Source: Nitrosopumilus sp.
Lineage (GTDB): Archaea > Thermoproteota > Nitrososphaeria > Nitrososphaerales > Nitrosopumilaceae
NCBI GenBank assembly: GCA_965205215.1
Contig: OZ242041.1
Location: 1,600,001-1,664,000, forward strand
Length of the DNA: 64,000 nucleotides
Direction: 5' to 3'
In this document: positions 28,100-38,727 of the stretch, in pieces
Layout: the number at the start of each line of letters is the position of its first letter
Numbering within the stretch: the first letter of the stretch is position 1
Notes under the pieces: generated by a model
Told to the model about the DNA's origin: nothing
Database searches by the model: none
The model's input: the letters and a program-made list of their open reading frames with translations, nothing else
Program-made: the position numbers and the translations under genes

Positions 28100-29750
28100 G
28101 TATAGACTCAGGTCGCCACGTCTCATGATTCGAGCATATGTGAAGGACCGTCTCAGCATGTGGCGGCGACAGAGGGCACCGCCGTTGTAGCCTGTACCAG
28201 CCGTTCGACGCGCTCCGGGCAGTCGGGCGGTTTGAATATGCGCCAGTCAGGATCCTCGATCATGCGCTCCACCGCCATACGCGGGAACACACCCATCTTC
28301 TGGCACGTGCGCGCGACGGACACCAGCACGGAGAACACGTGGCGCCCGTCGGGTTCTGACAGCTGGTGGCGCACGTTGCGGTGCAGCACGACGGTATCGC
28401 GTATTTCCAGCTCGGCGGCGTTGTTATGGGGCGGCATGCCCGGACATCTGAGGAACGTGAACAGGTGCGGGGCGGCGTTCTCCAGCGTCTCGCGGAACCC
28501 GTGACCCTTTTTGTAGCCCGACGCTATGCGCAGCACGGCCCTCTCCAGGTTTAGGCACTCGGCGCCGTCCGCCGACTCGCGGCTTTTGATCCTCCGGTAC
28601 ATGGAGAGCAGCCTGCGGTAGCACGACAGGTCGTCCCCGCCGTTTCTCACGGCGTATTTCTCGGCCTCGCGCAGTATGTGGGCCCAGCAGCGCTGCCTGA
28701 CCGGGAGCATGCCGTACGCGACATATCCGTCCGTGACGGCCGGCATGCCCAGCAGGCCGCCAAAGTGCAGCTCCAGTACGGCCGCGGCCCTGCTCGGGGC
28801 CGCCACGATATACGTGGCGTCCCCTGTAGTCGCCAGCCATACGTACCCCCTCTTGCCGTTCATCCTGATAACCGACTCGTCGAACTGGACGAACGCGGCG
28901 CGCGAGATCCTCTCTAGGATGCCGTCGTACGCGGCCCCGAGCAGGTTCCTTATCGCCCTGCGCGCGTTCCAGACCGCGTTTGCGGACACCGAAAAGCCGT
29001 AGAGCGCCCGGAAATAGTACGATATGGTCGAGTCAGTCGACCTCTTGGCGTAGTATTCGAGTATGAACCCTAGGGCCCTCGGGCCGAACGACGTGCCGGG
29101 CGGCAGGGGAGCCGGGGCGGTGCTGACCGCGCTGCACCTCCTGCAGAATCCGCGCTCGAGCACGTACGCGACCGTCTCGATGCACCTGCTGCTTTCATCC
29201 GGAAAGTCGTTTACGATTCTCGTGACGGGGGCCGCGTACGCGAGGTGGCCACGCCCACAGTTCCGGCACCGGTACAGGCGCATGCGCTCCCTCCTCGAGG
29301 GCCTGTTACCGTGGGACGCGCCCTCGTGCCCCTCCGGAGGCCCGCTGCGCCTGCCCGCCGCGCTTTCTTTCGGTTCAGGTCCGCCCCCGTCCCCCTCCTC
29401 TTCTGCCAGCCTCTTCCGGAACGCGTCGCGCTCCGCGTTGTATATGGAACCCGTGGAGGACGGCGCGTTCGGGCTCTCGTATTTGGCCAGCCTCCTGTCC
29501 TGCTCTGCAATAGTCTCCATAAGCAGGTCTATCTGCTCCTCAAGGCCGGCCCTTATCCTGTCACGCTCGGCCTCCACCCGGGCGACTGCATCCTGCAGCC
29601 TCTTGATCTCCGCCATCATCTTGGCCATCTCCCGACGCAGCAGTGCCGTCTCGGAATCGCCCATGGACAATTTGCAGAATATATGATCTATAAGCTTGTC
29701 GGCCTGCCAGAGTTGCCAACAGGGTCACAGGCATGGACGTGAGTCCATAC
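28100..29750 (-). mobile_element. IS66-family (single-ORF, ISBst12-like) element, copy 1, 1651 bp
   Basis: Inverted termini GTATAGACTCAGGTC vs GTATGGACTCACGTC (13/15); 8-bp TSD GATCTGTT at 28092-28099 and 29751-29758. Confidence 0.95.
28153..29664 (-). CDS. IS66-family transposase (TnpC-like)
   Basis: Coiled coil, Zn finger, FDES, TDGY, QRCWAHILR, NNAAE.EIR; ATG 29664 preferred over TTG 29670. Confidence 0.93.
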   Translation of the reverse strand: MGDSETALLRREMAKMMAEIKRLQDAVARVEAERDRIRAGLEEQIDLLMETIAEQDRRLAKYESPNAPSSTGSIYNAERDAFRKRLAEEEGDGGGPEPKESAAGRRSGPPEGHEGASHGNRPSRRERMRLYRCRNCGRGHLAYAAPVTRIVNDFPDESSRCIETVAYVLERGFCRRCSAVSTAPAPLPPGTSFGPRALGFILEYYAKRSTDSTISYYFRALYGFSVSANAVWNARRAIRNLLGAAYDGILERISRAAFVQFDESVIRMNGKRGYVWLATTGDATYIVAAPSRAAAVLELHFGGLLGMPAVTDGYVAYGMLPVRQRCWAHILREAEKYAVRNGGDDLSCYRRLLSMYRRIKSRESADGAECLNLERAVLRIASGYKKGHGFRETLENAAPHLFTFLRCPGMPPHNNAAELEIRDTVVLHRNVRHQLSEPDGRHVFSVLVSVARTCQKMGVFPRMAVERMIEDPDWRIFKPPDCPERVERLVQATTAVPSVAATC

Positions 29751-29806
29751 GATCTGTTCGGCTCATACTTTATATAATTAGCAACTTTGCTCAGGCCAGA
29801 AGCCAA

Positions 29807-30487
29807 TTGCTGGTAATTTTTGACGTGGAAGGAGTGCTGTATGACGAGGAGTACCTGCCCATTTTGGCAGAAAAGATAAACAAGGAGAAAGAGATCTGGG
29901 AGATTACAAAAAAGGGAATCCAGGGCAAGATAGACTGGGAGCAGGGCCTCAGGACCAGAATTGACGCCCTGAGGGGAATAGACGAGCGCACGTGCAGGGA
30001 ACTTGCAGAGTCGCTTCCCATTATGACGGGGGCGAGAGAGGCGTGCAGGGCACTCAAGGCGGCAGGCTGGAGGCTCATGGCCGTGTCAGGCGGATTTACG
30101 ATAATGATGGACAGGCTCCAGAAGGAGCTGGGCCTCGACTACATATTCTCAAACGAGCTCGTGTTCTCAGACGGCAAGCTGGACGGTGTCAGGGTGAACG
30201 TGGATGCGGACAAGTCAAAGTCGGCCAGAATCAAGATTGCAGAATGGGGCGAGCGCAAGGAGGACATCGTGTGCGTGGTGGACGGTGCAAACGACATAAA
30301 GCTCTTTGACATATGCGGGCTCGGCATAGCATACAGGGCCCACGACATGGTAAAGGACAGGGCCACGGCCACGCTCGAGGTGAAGGATCTGAGGGGAATA
30401 CTGGACATCATAAAGCAGCACTACAGGATAAAGGAATTTCCAGAGCAGAATGTCAAGGCGCACAAGCCGGTCATGCGTCAAAAGTGA
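29807..30487 (+). CDS. serB: Phosphoserine phosphatase
   Basis: FDVEGVL, VSGGF, DGANDI; TTG start after TTTATATA. Confidence 0.88.
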   Translation: MLVIFDVEGVLYDEEYLPILAEKINKEKEIWEITKKGIQGKIDWEQGLRTRIDALRGIDERTCRELAESLPIMTGAREACRALKAAGWRLMAVSGGFTIMMDRLQKELGLDYIFSNELVFSDGKLDGVRVNVDADKSKSARIKIAEWGERKEDIVCVVDGANDIKLFDICGLGIAYRAHDMVKDRATATLEVKDLRGILDIIKQHYRIKEFPEQNVKAHKPVMRQK

Positions 30488-30541
30488 GTGCGGCTCAGGG
30501 GCGCATGCGGGCGGCGAGGGAAGGAAGCGCCGGCAGCAACA

Positions 30542-31456
30542 TTACAGCGCCTTGTAGAACATGGTGCCAAGGTTCCGCTGCTTCATGAACTGCGGGTCGA
30601 GCCCCTCAAAGTTAACCTTGTGCGATATGCGCCTCATTGCACAGACGCACAGCCTGTATATCAGCCCCCACATGGGGTTGTTCTGGTCAAGGTCGTACAT
30701 CCTGAGCAGCAGGCGCAGGAACCACTTTGCGTGCGGATAGTGCTCGGACATGTACTCGGTGACGTATTCGCGCGAGTTGTTCAATTTGTACCGCAGGTGG
30801 TCAAGCGTCTCGTCTCGCATCGCGTATCCGGCCTGGCATATCTGCGTACGGCCCCGCTTTAGCGCGTGCAGTATGTCGTCAAGCGCGTTCTCAGAGTCGA
30901 TTATGTTTACGCACCTTCCAAGAGTCGAGAGTACGTGCGAGTCGCTGCCGGCCACTGACACCATGTTATTCTCGGCCGCAAACTGTGCAGCCCTCGCATT
31001 TGACAGGACGTCGACGTTGTTGCTGTTGAACACCTCGACCATGTCACAACGTGCCGCGTCGTCCCGTAGCGCGTCAAGCAGGCTGAACGGGTGCGGGGCC
31101 GACGAGACGCCGCCCTGCTCCCTTACGGATTCGACTATCTCCTCAAGGGGGATTCCGGGGGGTATGGCCTCATGTATGCCGTACGCAAGGACGTGGGCGC
31201 CCCTGTCAGTGGTCACCTCCTCGGCAGGATGAATCCGTATGCCCGCAAACTTCTCATGGTCGTTCCTGTACTGGAGCATCTGCTCGTACCCGTCAAGCGT
31301 GTTGTGGTTTGTGACAAACATGGCGTCAAGCCCGAGCGCTCGCGCGCGTTCAAGCTGGTCGCGTATGGACACGTCGCAGTCGTACGGGGGCTCGTCCGAA
31401 CCCAAGTGAAAGTTGGAAAAAGAGTTGTGACAGTGGAGTTCAGCCTTGAGTGACAT
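30542..31456 (-). CDS. PHP-domain metal-dependent phosphoesterase
   Basis: ELHCH, TNHN, PHP, GSDSH. Confidence 0.9.
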   Translation of the reverse strand: MSLKAELHCHNSFSNFHLGSDEPPYDCDVSIRDQLERARALGLDAMFVTNHNTLDGYEQMLQYRNDHEKFAGIRIHPAEEVTTDRGAHVLAYGIHEAIPPGIPLEEIVESVREQGGVSSAPHPFSLLDALRDDAARCDMVEVFNSNNVDVLSNARAAQFAAENNMVSVAGSDSHVLSTLGRCVNIIDSENALDDILHALKRGRTQICQAGYAMRDETLDHLRYKLNNSREYVTEYMSEHYPHAKWFLRLLLRMYDLDQNNPMWGLIYRLCVCAMRRISHKVNFEGLDPQFMKQRNLGTMFYKAL

Positions 31457-31659
31457 GATGAGAGGAGGTGCGCCGCGTCGGATTATAATCCTATTGAAGG
31501 CGCGGGGCGGCGCGTGCGCGAGATGCGGGGCGTCAGACGGCGGGAAGTAGCGCGAGGGAGTATGCCGCATGACGTGGGGCGAGGAGCGTGTAGGTGATGG
31601 CTACAATGCCGGTTGCAACGGAGACGATAACGTGTACGACAACGCCCGGCATGCGGAAG

Positions 31660-32424
31660 TCATGAAAAGAGATCGTCTGAGCTCGGCCTCTGCAGCAGTG
31701 CGGCCCCGCCCCGTTCCGCGTCGTACCCGTCGCGGCCAGCCTCCGCGCGCATCACATGCGACGGGTCACACCCCCGCACAATGGCGGCGGGGCACTGGGC
31801 GGCCTTTTGCATTACAAGTTCGGCGGCGGCTGCAATCTCATCGGCAGTCGCAATCTCGGTGACGCGCAGGGTCCTGCCAAACACATCGTGCCGCCCGGCA
31901 TAGCTGGTGAGCGGTAGCAATCCCGCAACCCCTATGGCGCAGTCAGTCTGCCCCATGCGCAGCGGGCGGCCAAACGTGTCGGACAGTATCACGCATACGC
32001 GCTTTGAGGAGGCGGCTCGTATTTCAGATTGCAGTTTTCGAGCAGACTTGTCGGGGTCGACAGGCAGCAGCGTTGCATGCCCCAGCCGTACGTTGCTCTC
32101 GTCGATGCCGGCATTTGCGCATACCAGTCCGGAATGCGTCCGGACAATAATAATGCCGTCGCGCATGCGCACTATACCGGACGACTCGGAGAGTATCAGT
32201 TCCACAAGGCGCGGATCCTTGCGGTACTGGGACGCGATTCCCTCCGCAAGCAGGGAGGGCTTGACGTCAGAGAGGCGCACGATGCGCCCCTCCCTCTTTG
32301 AGGCAGCCTTTTGCGCAACCACCACGACGTCCCCGTCGCATATATCGGCAGAGCGCGCTATGATCCCCCCGAGGTTGTCGGATGTCGTTATCTCCGCGTC
32401 CACAAAGACAGGTATCACCTCCAT
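31660..32424 (-). CDS. cofE: Coenzyme F420:L-glutamate ligase
   Basis: K..SK.EGR, CANAGIDESN, DTFGRPLRMG, ADE.A.AA.LVM. Confidence 0.93.
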   Translation of the reverse strand: MEVIPVFVDAEITTSDNLGGIIARSADICDGDVVVVAQKAASKREGRIVRLSDVKPSLLAEGIASQYRKDPRLVELILSESSGIVRMRDGIIIVRTHSGLVCANAGIDESNVRLGHATLLPVDPDKSARKLQSEIRAASSKRVCVILSDTFGRPLRMGQTDCAIGVAGLLPLTSYAGRHDVFGRTLRVTEIATADEIAAAAELVMQKAAQCPAAIVRGCDPSHVMRAEAGRDGYDAERGGAALLQRPSSDDLFS

Positions 32425-32636
32425 GGCTCCACGTGGGACGCGCAGGTAAAATAGTATGTCGCCGCCCCGCGCTCGGGCGGCAGAAGGGTCGGCAACCAAG
32501 AAGCGTCGGAGAAGTGTAGAGAAAACAAAAAATGTGCGGCACGGCCCAACCCCCGGATTGTACAGACAACAGCCCGGCGCGTCTGCGGCGGCAAGTCTAG
32601 GTTCCGTTGCAAATTCGTGGCACGTCGGTCATCACA

Positions 32637-33257
32637 ATGAATAATAGTTCTAACGTCCCACCGCCGGCAATGCGTTACGTGATGGTTGCCGTGGCTGCAT
32701 CAGTACTCCTAGTGGGTACCGGTGGCGCGGCGGCTGCCGACGCAGAGATACCAGACTGGGTGCGGATCGTGGCAGAGTTCTGGTCTCAGGGACTCATATC
32801 CGACGATCAATACGCGTCCACGCTATCGTATCTGATCGAGCAGAACATAATTGTGGTGGGGATAGAGGCGAACAAAATGCCGGAACCAACCCTCGGTTTG
32901 ACACCTGATGCAGTGAGCGGCACCATAACCAGAGTTATAGACGGCAATACGGTTGAAATCGACAACGTGCGAATCCGACTGCCGCTCCTCGATGTCGAGG
33001 ACAGCGGCAACGGTACCATGCCGCACGCGGCACTGGCCCGCGAGGTGTGCCCCGTGGGAACTGCCGCGCACTACGACGTGGACGACGGCCAGTCGGAAGA
33101 CAAGTACGGACGCACCATAGCAATGGTGTGGTGTGATGGTGTCTCACTGGATCGCACACTGGCGGACTCCGGACTTGGGTGGGTCAACATATACTATTGT
33201 GAACGATCCGAGTTTTCGCATTTGTGGCGTGAGTGTATGTGCCATGTTGGCGGCTGA
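32637..33257 (+). CDS. Secreted thermonuclease (SNase)-like protein with thaumarchaeal IPxW...W...YLI domain
   Basis: Signal peptide; RVIDGNT, RIRL..LD, DKYGRT.A; start could be 32637 or 32669-region. Confidence 0.8.
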   Translation: MNNSSNVPPPAMRYVMVAVAASVLLVGTGGAAAADAEIPDWVRIVAEFWSQGLISDDQYASTLSYLIEQNIIVVGIEANKMPEPTLGLTPDAVSGTITRVIDGNTVEIDNVRIRLPLLDVEDSGNGTMPHAALAREVCPVGTAAHYDVDDGQSEDKYGRTIAMVWCDGVSLDRTLADSGLGWVNIYYCERSEFSHLWRECMCHVGG

Positions 33258-33335
33258 TCTGCCCGAGTAGGCCACGAATCTACAACAGTACTCAAGCCCA
33301 CAGCTTTTATTATGACGCCCTGCCACTGCCGCTGT

Positions 33336-33572
33336 ATGTCAGACGCCGCCGAGAAAGTGATCGATGCAGTCGGGCTCTACTGCCCGGAGCCGGTCTTTCA
33401 AGTCAAGATAGGGATGGAGCAGATGCAAGTCGGGCAGATCCTGCAGATCTCCGCCGACGATCCAGCGGCAGAGGACGACATTACCAGGTGGGCATCCAGA
33501 AACGGGCACGAACTGCTTGGCGTTTCAAAGGACGGAAGCACGGTCACGATCAGGATAAAAAAGACAAAGTGA
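33336..33572 (+). CDS. TusA/SirA-family sulfur carrier
   Basis: DAVGLYCPEP, DDPAA..DI..W. Confidence 0.92.
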   Translation: MSDAAEKVIDAVGLYCPEPVFQVKIGMEQMQVGQILQISADDPAAEDDITRWASRNGHELLGVSKDGSTVTIRIKKTK

Positions 33573-33655
33573 ACAGACATGGCAATTGCCGAGAGTACAG
33601 CAGCATCGAGAGGTCCAGAGTTAGCGTTAAATGATGGGCTTGGAGGCGTTGCGGC

Positions 33656-33955
33656 ATGAACGAGCTTGACCACAAGTACGAGGTGGACATAATACTGAAC
33701 GACGAAAGGCAGAGGCTCAGCAAGGAGACAAAGGCAGAGCTGATGGAGTCCGGAATGATGGATGAAAAGGGCAAGCTGAAGATAAAGGGCGTCAGCCCCA
33801 AGATGCTAAAGAGAATGAAGCAGGAGTACGTCGTATGCCCCGTCATGGAAAAGGAGGTGCAGTTCATCCAGTGCTTCGTGTGCGACAATTTCCAGAGCAG
33901 GGTGACCGGTCAGGTGCTCTGCAAGGGCGACCCGCTTACGAAAAACGGATCATAA
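33656..33955 (+). CDS. Hypothetical Cys-containing protein
   Basis: CP...FIQCFVC...C; host-like codon bias. Confidence 0.75.
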   Translation: MNELDHKYEVDIILNDERQRLSKETKAELMESGMMDEKGKLKIKGVSPKMLKRMKQEYVVCPVMEKEVQFIQCFVCDNFQSRVTGQVLCKGDPLTKNGS

Positions 33956-34445
33956 ACAGTTGCATACAAGCGCATCCGGCGACGGAATAATTCTTATCAC
34001 GCGTATCGTCCCACTGCCGCTGCAAAAACCGGGGGCGGCGCCTGCGTCGGCGCCATGGCGACAAGAAGGGCGCAATCCAGTGTATGTGAGGGCGGCATCC
34101 GGTGCGCGGGATTGCCTTGCGGTTGCAGGCAGCTCTTACCAAAAATGGAAGCTAGGATGCGGACGCGCACCAAGCCTTCTGCTCTAATGCGCGGACGGGA
34201 AATGCGCGGGGCAAGAGATATGCAGCAAGGTAGCGCCGCAAGCCGCCCCTCAAGGGCGCCGGGGCCGGCAGACGCAGCCCGTGACGGACATGGTCAGGAG
34301 CCGAATCGCACAAACCGATAAAACGCGGGCAGGCGGCCGGAATCACCATACCCTTCATCCCAGAATGGACGCAGAGGGGACACAGACGATGCCCAGATCA
34401 TCCCGATGCGAAGGCTAATTAGTTTATCAGCGTCACCCGTCACAA

Positions 34446-35909
34446 TTGGAGAAGCAGACAGTGGAGATCGGCATCACGGCATCAAAGGAGACGGACTTTA
34501 GCGAGTGGTACATACAGACGGTCCAAAAGGCCGAGCTTGCAGACTATGCCCCCGTCAAGGGGCTCATCGTGCTCAGGCCCGACGGGTACGCCATATGGGA
34601 GTCGCTTCAGGAGACGTTCAACCGCAGGTTTGCAAGGGAGGGGGTCAGAAACGGGTTCCTTCCCGTGCTGATACCCGAGTCGCTCCTGGGGCGTGAAAAG
34701 GAGCATTTTGCAGGGTTCAACCCAGAGGTGTTCTGGGTCACCCATTCCGGAAACAACGAGCTTGGCGACAGGCTGGCCCTGCGGCCCACGTCTGAGACCC
34801 TGGCATATACGATGTATTCCAAGTGGGTGCAGAGCTGGAGGGACCTCCCGCTAAAGATCAACTTTTGGAACACCGCGCTACGCTCCGAGATCAAGGCCAC
34901 AAAGCCGTTCCTGAGAACGTCCGAGTTTCTGTGGCAGGAGGGGCACACGGTGCACGCCACAAAGGAGGAGGCAGAGAGGCAGGTGCACACCATGCTCGAC
35001 ATCTACAGGGAGACCGTCGAGCAGGAGCTTGCAATTCCGGTCATATCGGGAGCCAAGAGCGAGCGCGAAAAGTTCGTGGGGGCGGGATACACCATGGCAA
35101 TCGAGTCCATAATGCCGGACGGCAAGGCGCTGCAGATGGGCACGTCGCACTTCTTGGCACAGAACTTTTCGAAGCCGTTTGACGTAAAGTTTGCAGACAG
35201 GGACAACGTGGAGCACTATGCGTGGCAGACGTCGTGGGGGGTGTCGTGGAGGCTCATAGGCGCCATGATAATGACGCACGGAGACGACAGGGGCATGTCG
35301 ATGCCGCCCAGGGTCGCCCCCGTGCAGGCCGTCATAGTTCCCATATACCGCAACGACAAAAGGCAGAGGGACGGCGTCATGAGCGCGGCATCAGAGGTAC
35401 GCGAAGCGCTCGAGTCGGAGGGCGTCCGGGTACACGTGGACGACAGGGACGACGCGACGCCGGGCTTCAAGTTCAACGACTGGGAGCTAAAGGGCGTGCC
35501 GCTCAGAATAGAGATAGGGCCCAGGGACGTGGAGAGCAGGAGCGTGGTGGCAGTCAGGCGCCACGACGGCCGCAAGGAGTCCATGGGCGTAAAGGATCTC
35601 GGGCCCGCCATACGCGGCGTGCTTGAGGAGATACAGGAAACAATGCTGCAGAAGGCAAGGGAGAAGGCGGCGGGGATGACGTTTGACGTGTCGGAGTATG
35701 CAGAGTTCAAGGAGAGGTGTGGAACGGGATTTGTGCGCGCAACATGGTGCGGAGATGAGAAGTGCGAGGAGTCCATAAAGGAGGAGACCGGCGCCGAGAT
35801 CAGAGTCATACCGCTTGGAGAAGAAGAGGAGAATGGCGTGCAGGGTTCGATCTGCATAAGATGCGGGGGCCAAGGTTTATCAACGCCGATCTTTGCCAAG
35901 GGATATTGA
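34446..35909 (+). CDS. proS: Proline--tRNA ligase (archaeal/eukaryotic type)
   Basis: LRPTSE, FLRTSEFLWQEGHT, TSWGVSWR, C-terminal FAKGY. Confidence 0.97.
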   Translation: MEKQTVEIGITASKETDFSEWYIQTVQKAELADYAPVKGLIVLRPDGYAIWESLQETFNRRFAREGVRNGFLPVLIPESLLGREKEHFAGFNPEVFWVTHSGNNELGDRLALRPTSETLAYTMYSKWVQSWRDLPLKINFWNTALRSEIKATKPFLRTSEFLWQEGHTVHATKEEAERQVHTMLDIYRETVEQELAIPVISGAKSEREKFVGAGYTMAIESIMPDGKALQMGTSHFLAQNFSKPFDVKFADRDNVEHYAWQTSWGVSWRLIGAMIMTHGDDRGMSMPPRVAPVQAVIVPIYRNDKRQRDGVMSAASEVREALESEGVRVHVDDRDDATPGFKFNDWELKGVPLRIEIGPRDVESRSVVAVRRHDGRKESMGVKDLGPAIRGVLEEIQETMLQKAREKAAGMTFDVSEYAEFKERCGTGFVRATWCGDEKCEESIKEETGAEIRVIPLGEEEENGVQGSICIRCGGQGLSTPIFAKGY

Positions 35910-37351
35910 GCGGCGGCAGCGATAGCGGGGATAGCAGCGGCGCGGCCGTCACGGAAGAGCCGAAGGCCGTCTCAGAGTCGCACAGGCTGATCACCCTGTT
36001 CAGGGAGACAAGATCCAGGACGCGGAACATGGTAAGCACCCTGGAGCCGGACGACTTTACGGTCCAGACGGCGTTCTTTACAAGCCCGGCGAAATGGCAC
36101 GTCGGACACGTCAGCTGGATATACGAGGCCGTAATGGGCAAGATCGACGAAGAGTACGGGTTCGAGGAAGGCGAGATATCGGCATACCTCAATTCGTACT
36201 ACCAGCAGTTCGGGGCCCCGCACGACAAGGGGCGCAGGGGGGCCGTATCGAGGCCCACGACAAGGCAGATGTTCGAGTACTTTGAGGGGGTAAGCAGCAA
36301 GGTCGAGAGGTTTGTCGCGAAGCACAGGGATGCCATAGACGGGGCAGCAGGCGGAGACAGAGCCAGCAGTGGCAGCGGCGGCATAGTGTCCGACACGGCG
36401 CGCCTCCTAGAGATGGGGATGCACCACGAGTGCCAGCACCAGGAACTGATGGTGTACGACCTGCAGCACATGCTTGCAGACAGGTACGTCCCCGCGCCGG
36501 CAATGAAGAAGCCGGTGCCGCAGCTGGACGGCCCGCGTGCACGCGATGCAGAAAGGCAGGCACTCATAGAGGGGGGCCTGTACGCCATGGGGTACGGGGG
36601 CAGCGGCTACTGTTACGACATAGAGCTTCCAGAGCACAAGACCTACCTTGAGCCCTACCTGATCGACGTATACCCCACAACCAACGGACAGTACATGGAG
36701 TTTGTGGAGGACGGGGGGTACGACACGTACAGGTACTGGCTCTCCGACGGCTGGGAGAAGGTGAGGGAGAACGGATGGGAGGCCCCCATGTACTGGGAGA
36801 GGGGCGAGAACGGCAAGTGGCACACGCGCGACTTTGCGGGATACCGACAGATGGACCCCATGGAACCCGTCTGTCACGTGAGCTACTACGAGGCCGACGC
36901 GTACGCCAAATGGGCCGGAAAGAGGCTGCCAACGGAGGCCGAGTGGGAGATGGCCGCATGCTGGGACCGCGACGCGCGGAGAAAGAACGCCTACCCGTGG
37001 GGAGACGACGCGCCGACGCCGGACAGGTGCAACCTGCTGGAGTCGGGGGTGTGGAAGTGCTCCAGAATAGGCTCGTATCCCGGGGGAGCCAGCAGCTGCG
37101 GCTGTCAGCAGATGATAGGCGACGCGTGGGAATGGACGTCGTCGGAGTTTGTCGGCTATCCGGGGTTCAAGTCCGGCTTTGACGAGTACAACGACAAGTG
37201 GTTTGCGAACCAAAAGGTGCTCAGGGGCGGCTCCTTTGGCACGCCGGCCGCGTCCATCAGGTCAAGCTACCGCAACTTTTTCAGACTCGACGAGCGCTGG
37301 ATGATTGCAGGATTCAGGTGCGCACAGGACGCAGGACGCAGCGGCAGCTGA
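35906..37351 (+). CDS. egtB: Ergothioneine sulfoxide synthase
   Basis: SPAKWHVGH, HHECQHQE iron site, FGE-like domain RLPTEAEWE, YRNFF; TTG start overlaps the proS stop. Confidence 0.9.
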   Translation: MSGGSDSGDSSGAAVTEEPKAVSESHRLITLFRETRSRTRNMVSTLEPDDFTVQTAFFTSPAKWHVGHVSWIYEAVMGKIDEEYGFEEGEISAYLNSYYQQFGAPHDKGRRGAVSRPTTRQMFEYFEGVSSKVERFVAKHRDAIDGAAGGDRASSGSGGIVSDTARLLEMGMHHECQHQELMVYDLQHMLADRYVPAPAMKKPVPQLDGPRARDAERQALIEGGLYAMGYGGSGYCYDIELPEHKTYLEPYLIDVYPTTNGQYMEFVEDGGYDTYRYWLSDGWEKVRENGWEAPMYWERGENGKWHTRDFAGYRQMDPMEPVCHVSYYEADAYAKWAGKRLPTEAEWEMAACWDRDARRKNAYPWGDDAPTPDRCNLLESGVWKCSRIGSYPGGASSCGCQQMIGDAWEWTSSEFVGYPGFKSGFDEYNDKWFANQKVLRGGSFGTPAASIRSSYRNFFRLDERWMIAGFRCAQDAGRSGS

Positions 37352-37356
37352 CGCCG

Positions 37357-38502
37357 TCACGACGCGGGCGCCTCGGCAAGCACCAGCATAAAGTAGCCGT
37401 CCGAGTCGGTCCACTGACTCACCGTTCTGAATCCGGCGGAGTCAAGCATGCTGCGGACCTGTCCGGGCTCGTACTTGTACGAGTTTTCAGTGTGGATGAG
37501 CTCGCCGTGCCCGAGGCGCAGCTCAAGTCCGGGCTTTGAGACCGTCACCGTCTGCTCACACAGCGACTCCAGGTGCATCTCCACGCGCTGCTCTGACGAG
37601 TTATAGTGTGCCCGGTGGGCAAAGTTGCCAAGGTCAAAGTCCGCGTCAAGCTCCGAGTTGATTCGAGACAGTACGTTGAGGTTGAACCTGGACGTCACGC
37701 CCGCAGAGTCGTTGTATGCGGATTCCAGCACCCCGCGATCCTTTGCCATGTCGACGCCCATGAGAAAGAGGTCGCCGGGCTTCATGGCAGAGCGCACGCG
37801 GCCCAGGAACGTCGCCCCGTCCCCGGGCGCCAGGTTTCCATAGCTGGAGCCTAGGAACATTATCAGGCTTCTCCCGCCACCGTACTCCTTTAGGAACTCA
37901 AGCCCGCCCTCGTAGGTGTCTATTATCCCCGTTATCCTGAGCTTTGGATAGTCCGCGAGCAGCTGCTCGGAGCTCTGGGTCAGGATGTCTGATATGTCGA
38001 TTGGAAAGTACTCCGTGTCGCTCTGGACGCGGTGCAGTGCGTCAAGTATTATCCGGGTCTTTACGGAGGAGCCGCTGCCCAGCTCCACCAGCCTGAGGCG
38101 TCCGCTGCTTTTGCCACCACCACCACCACCACCGCCACCGGCACCGGCCCGGGGTGCGTCGTCGGCGGCACCCGTGGCAGCGCCGCCGTCATGATCAGCG
38201 CCGTCGCGGCGGATGCCCAGCTCGTCCGCGGCAACCAAGGCGCCAATCTCGTCTGCGATCCTCTCCAGGAGCGCTATCTCAGTACGGGTCAGATAATATT
38301 CGGGGACGGAGCATATCTCCTCGAAGAGCGCAGAGCCAACCTCGTCGTAAAAGAACTTCGGATCTATGAACTTGGAGCCGCTTCCTCTGTCAAGGCTGCC
38401 AGATATCTCCTCGGCAAACGTCCTCTCGACTTTTGACGCGTGCGGCTTGAAGTACCTCAGACGAGAGTCAACCTCAAACATCTTGTACTGCGGGCGGAGC
38501 AT
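37357..38502 (-). CDS. egtD: L-histidine N-alpha-methyltransferase
   Basis: PKFFYD..GS.LFEEI...PEYYLTRTE, ELGSGSS.KT, AYNDSAGVT, HTENSYKY; start uncertain. Confidence 0.93.
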   Translation of the reverse strand: MLRPQYKMFEVDSRLRYFKPHASKVERTFAEEISGSLDRGSGSKFIDPKFFYDEVGSALFEEICSVPEYYLTRTEIALLERIADEIGALVAADELGIRRDGADHDGGAATGAADDAPRAGAGGGGGGGGGKSSGRLRLVELGSGSSVKTRIILDALHRVQSDTEYFPIDISDILTQSSEQLLADYPKLRITGIIDTYEGGLEFLKEYGGGRSLIMFLGSSYGNLAPGDGATFLGRVRSAMKPGDLFLMGVDMAKDRGVLESAYNDSAGVTSRFNLNVLSRINSELDADFDLGNFAHRAHYNSSEQRVEMHLESLCEQTVTVSKPGLELRLGHGELIHTENSYKYEPGQVRSMLDSAGFRTVSQWTDSDGYFMLVLAEAPAS

Positions 38503-38727
38503 GTGGAAGCTGTAGTGGTCCGCCTCCTCTTGCCGGGTTTTTGCCAATTTTAGACGAGGTCGTACGTTCTCATAAATGCCTTTTGAGGTGTAACGGCTCC
38601 GGCGGGCCCCGTACCGATTGGGCCGGCGCAGCATGTGTTCTGTTTTCAAAGGCAGATGTACCGTAACCGGGCCGGCCGCTTGTACCGGAGCGCGCCTCTT
38701 CATATAGCGCGATATGCCACCTGCGCC

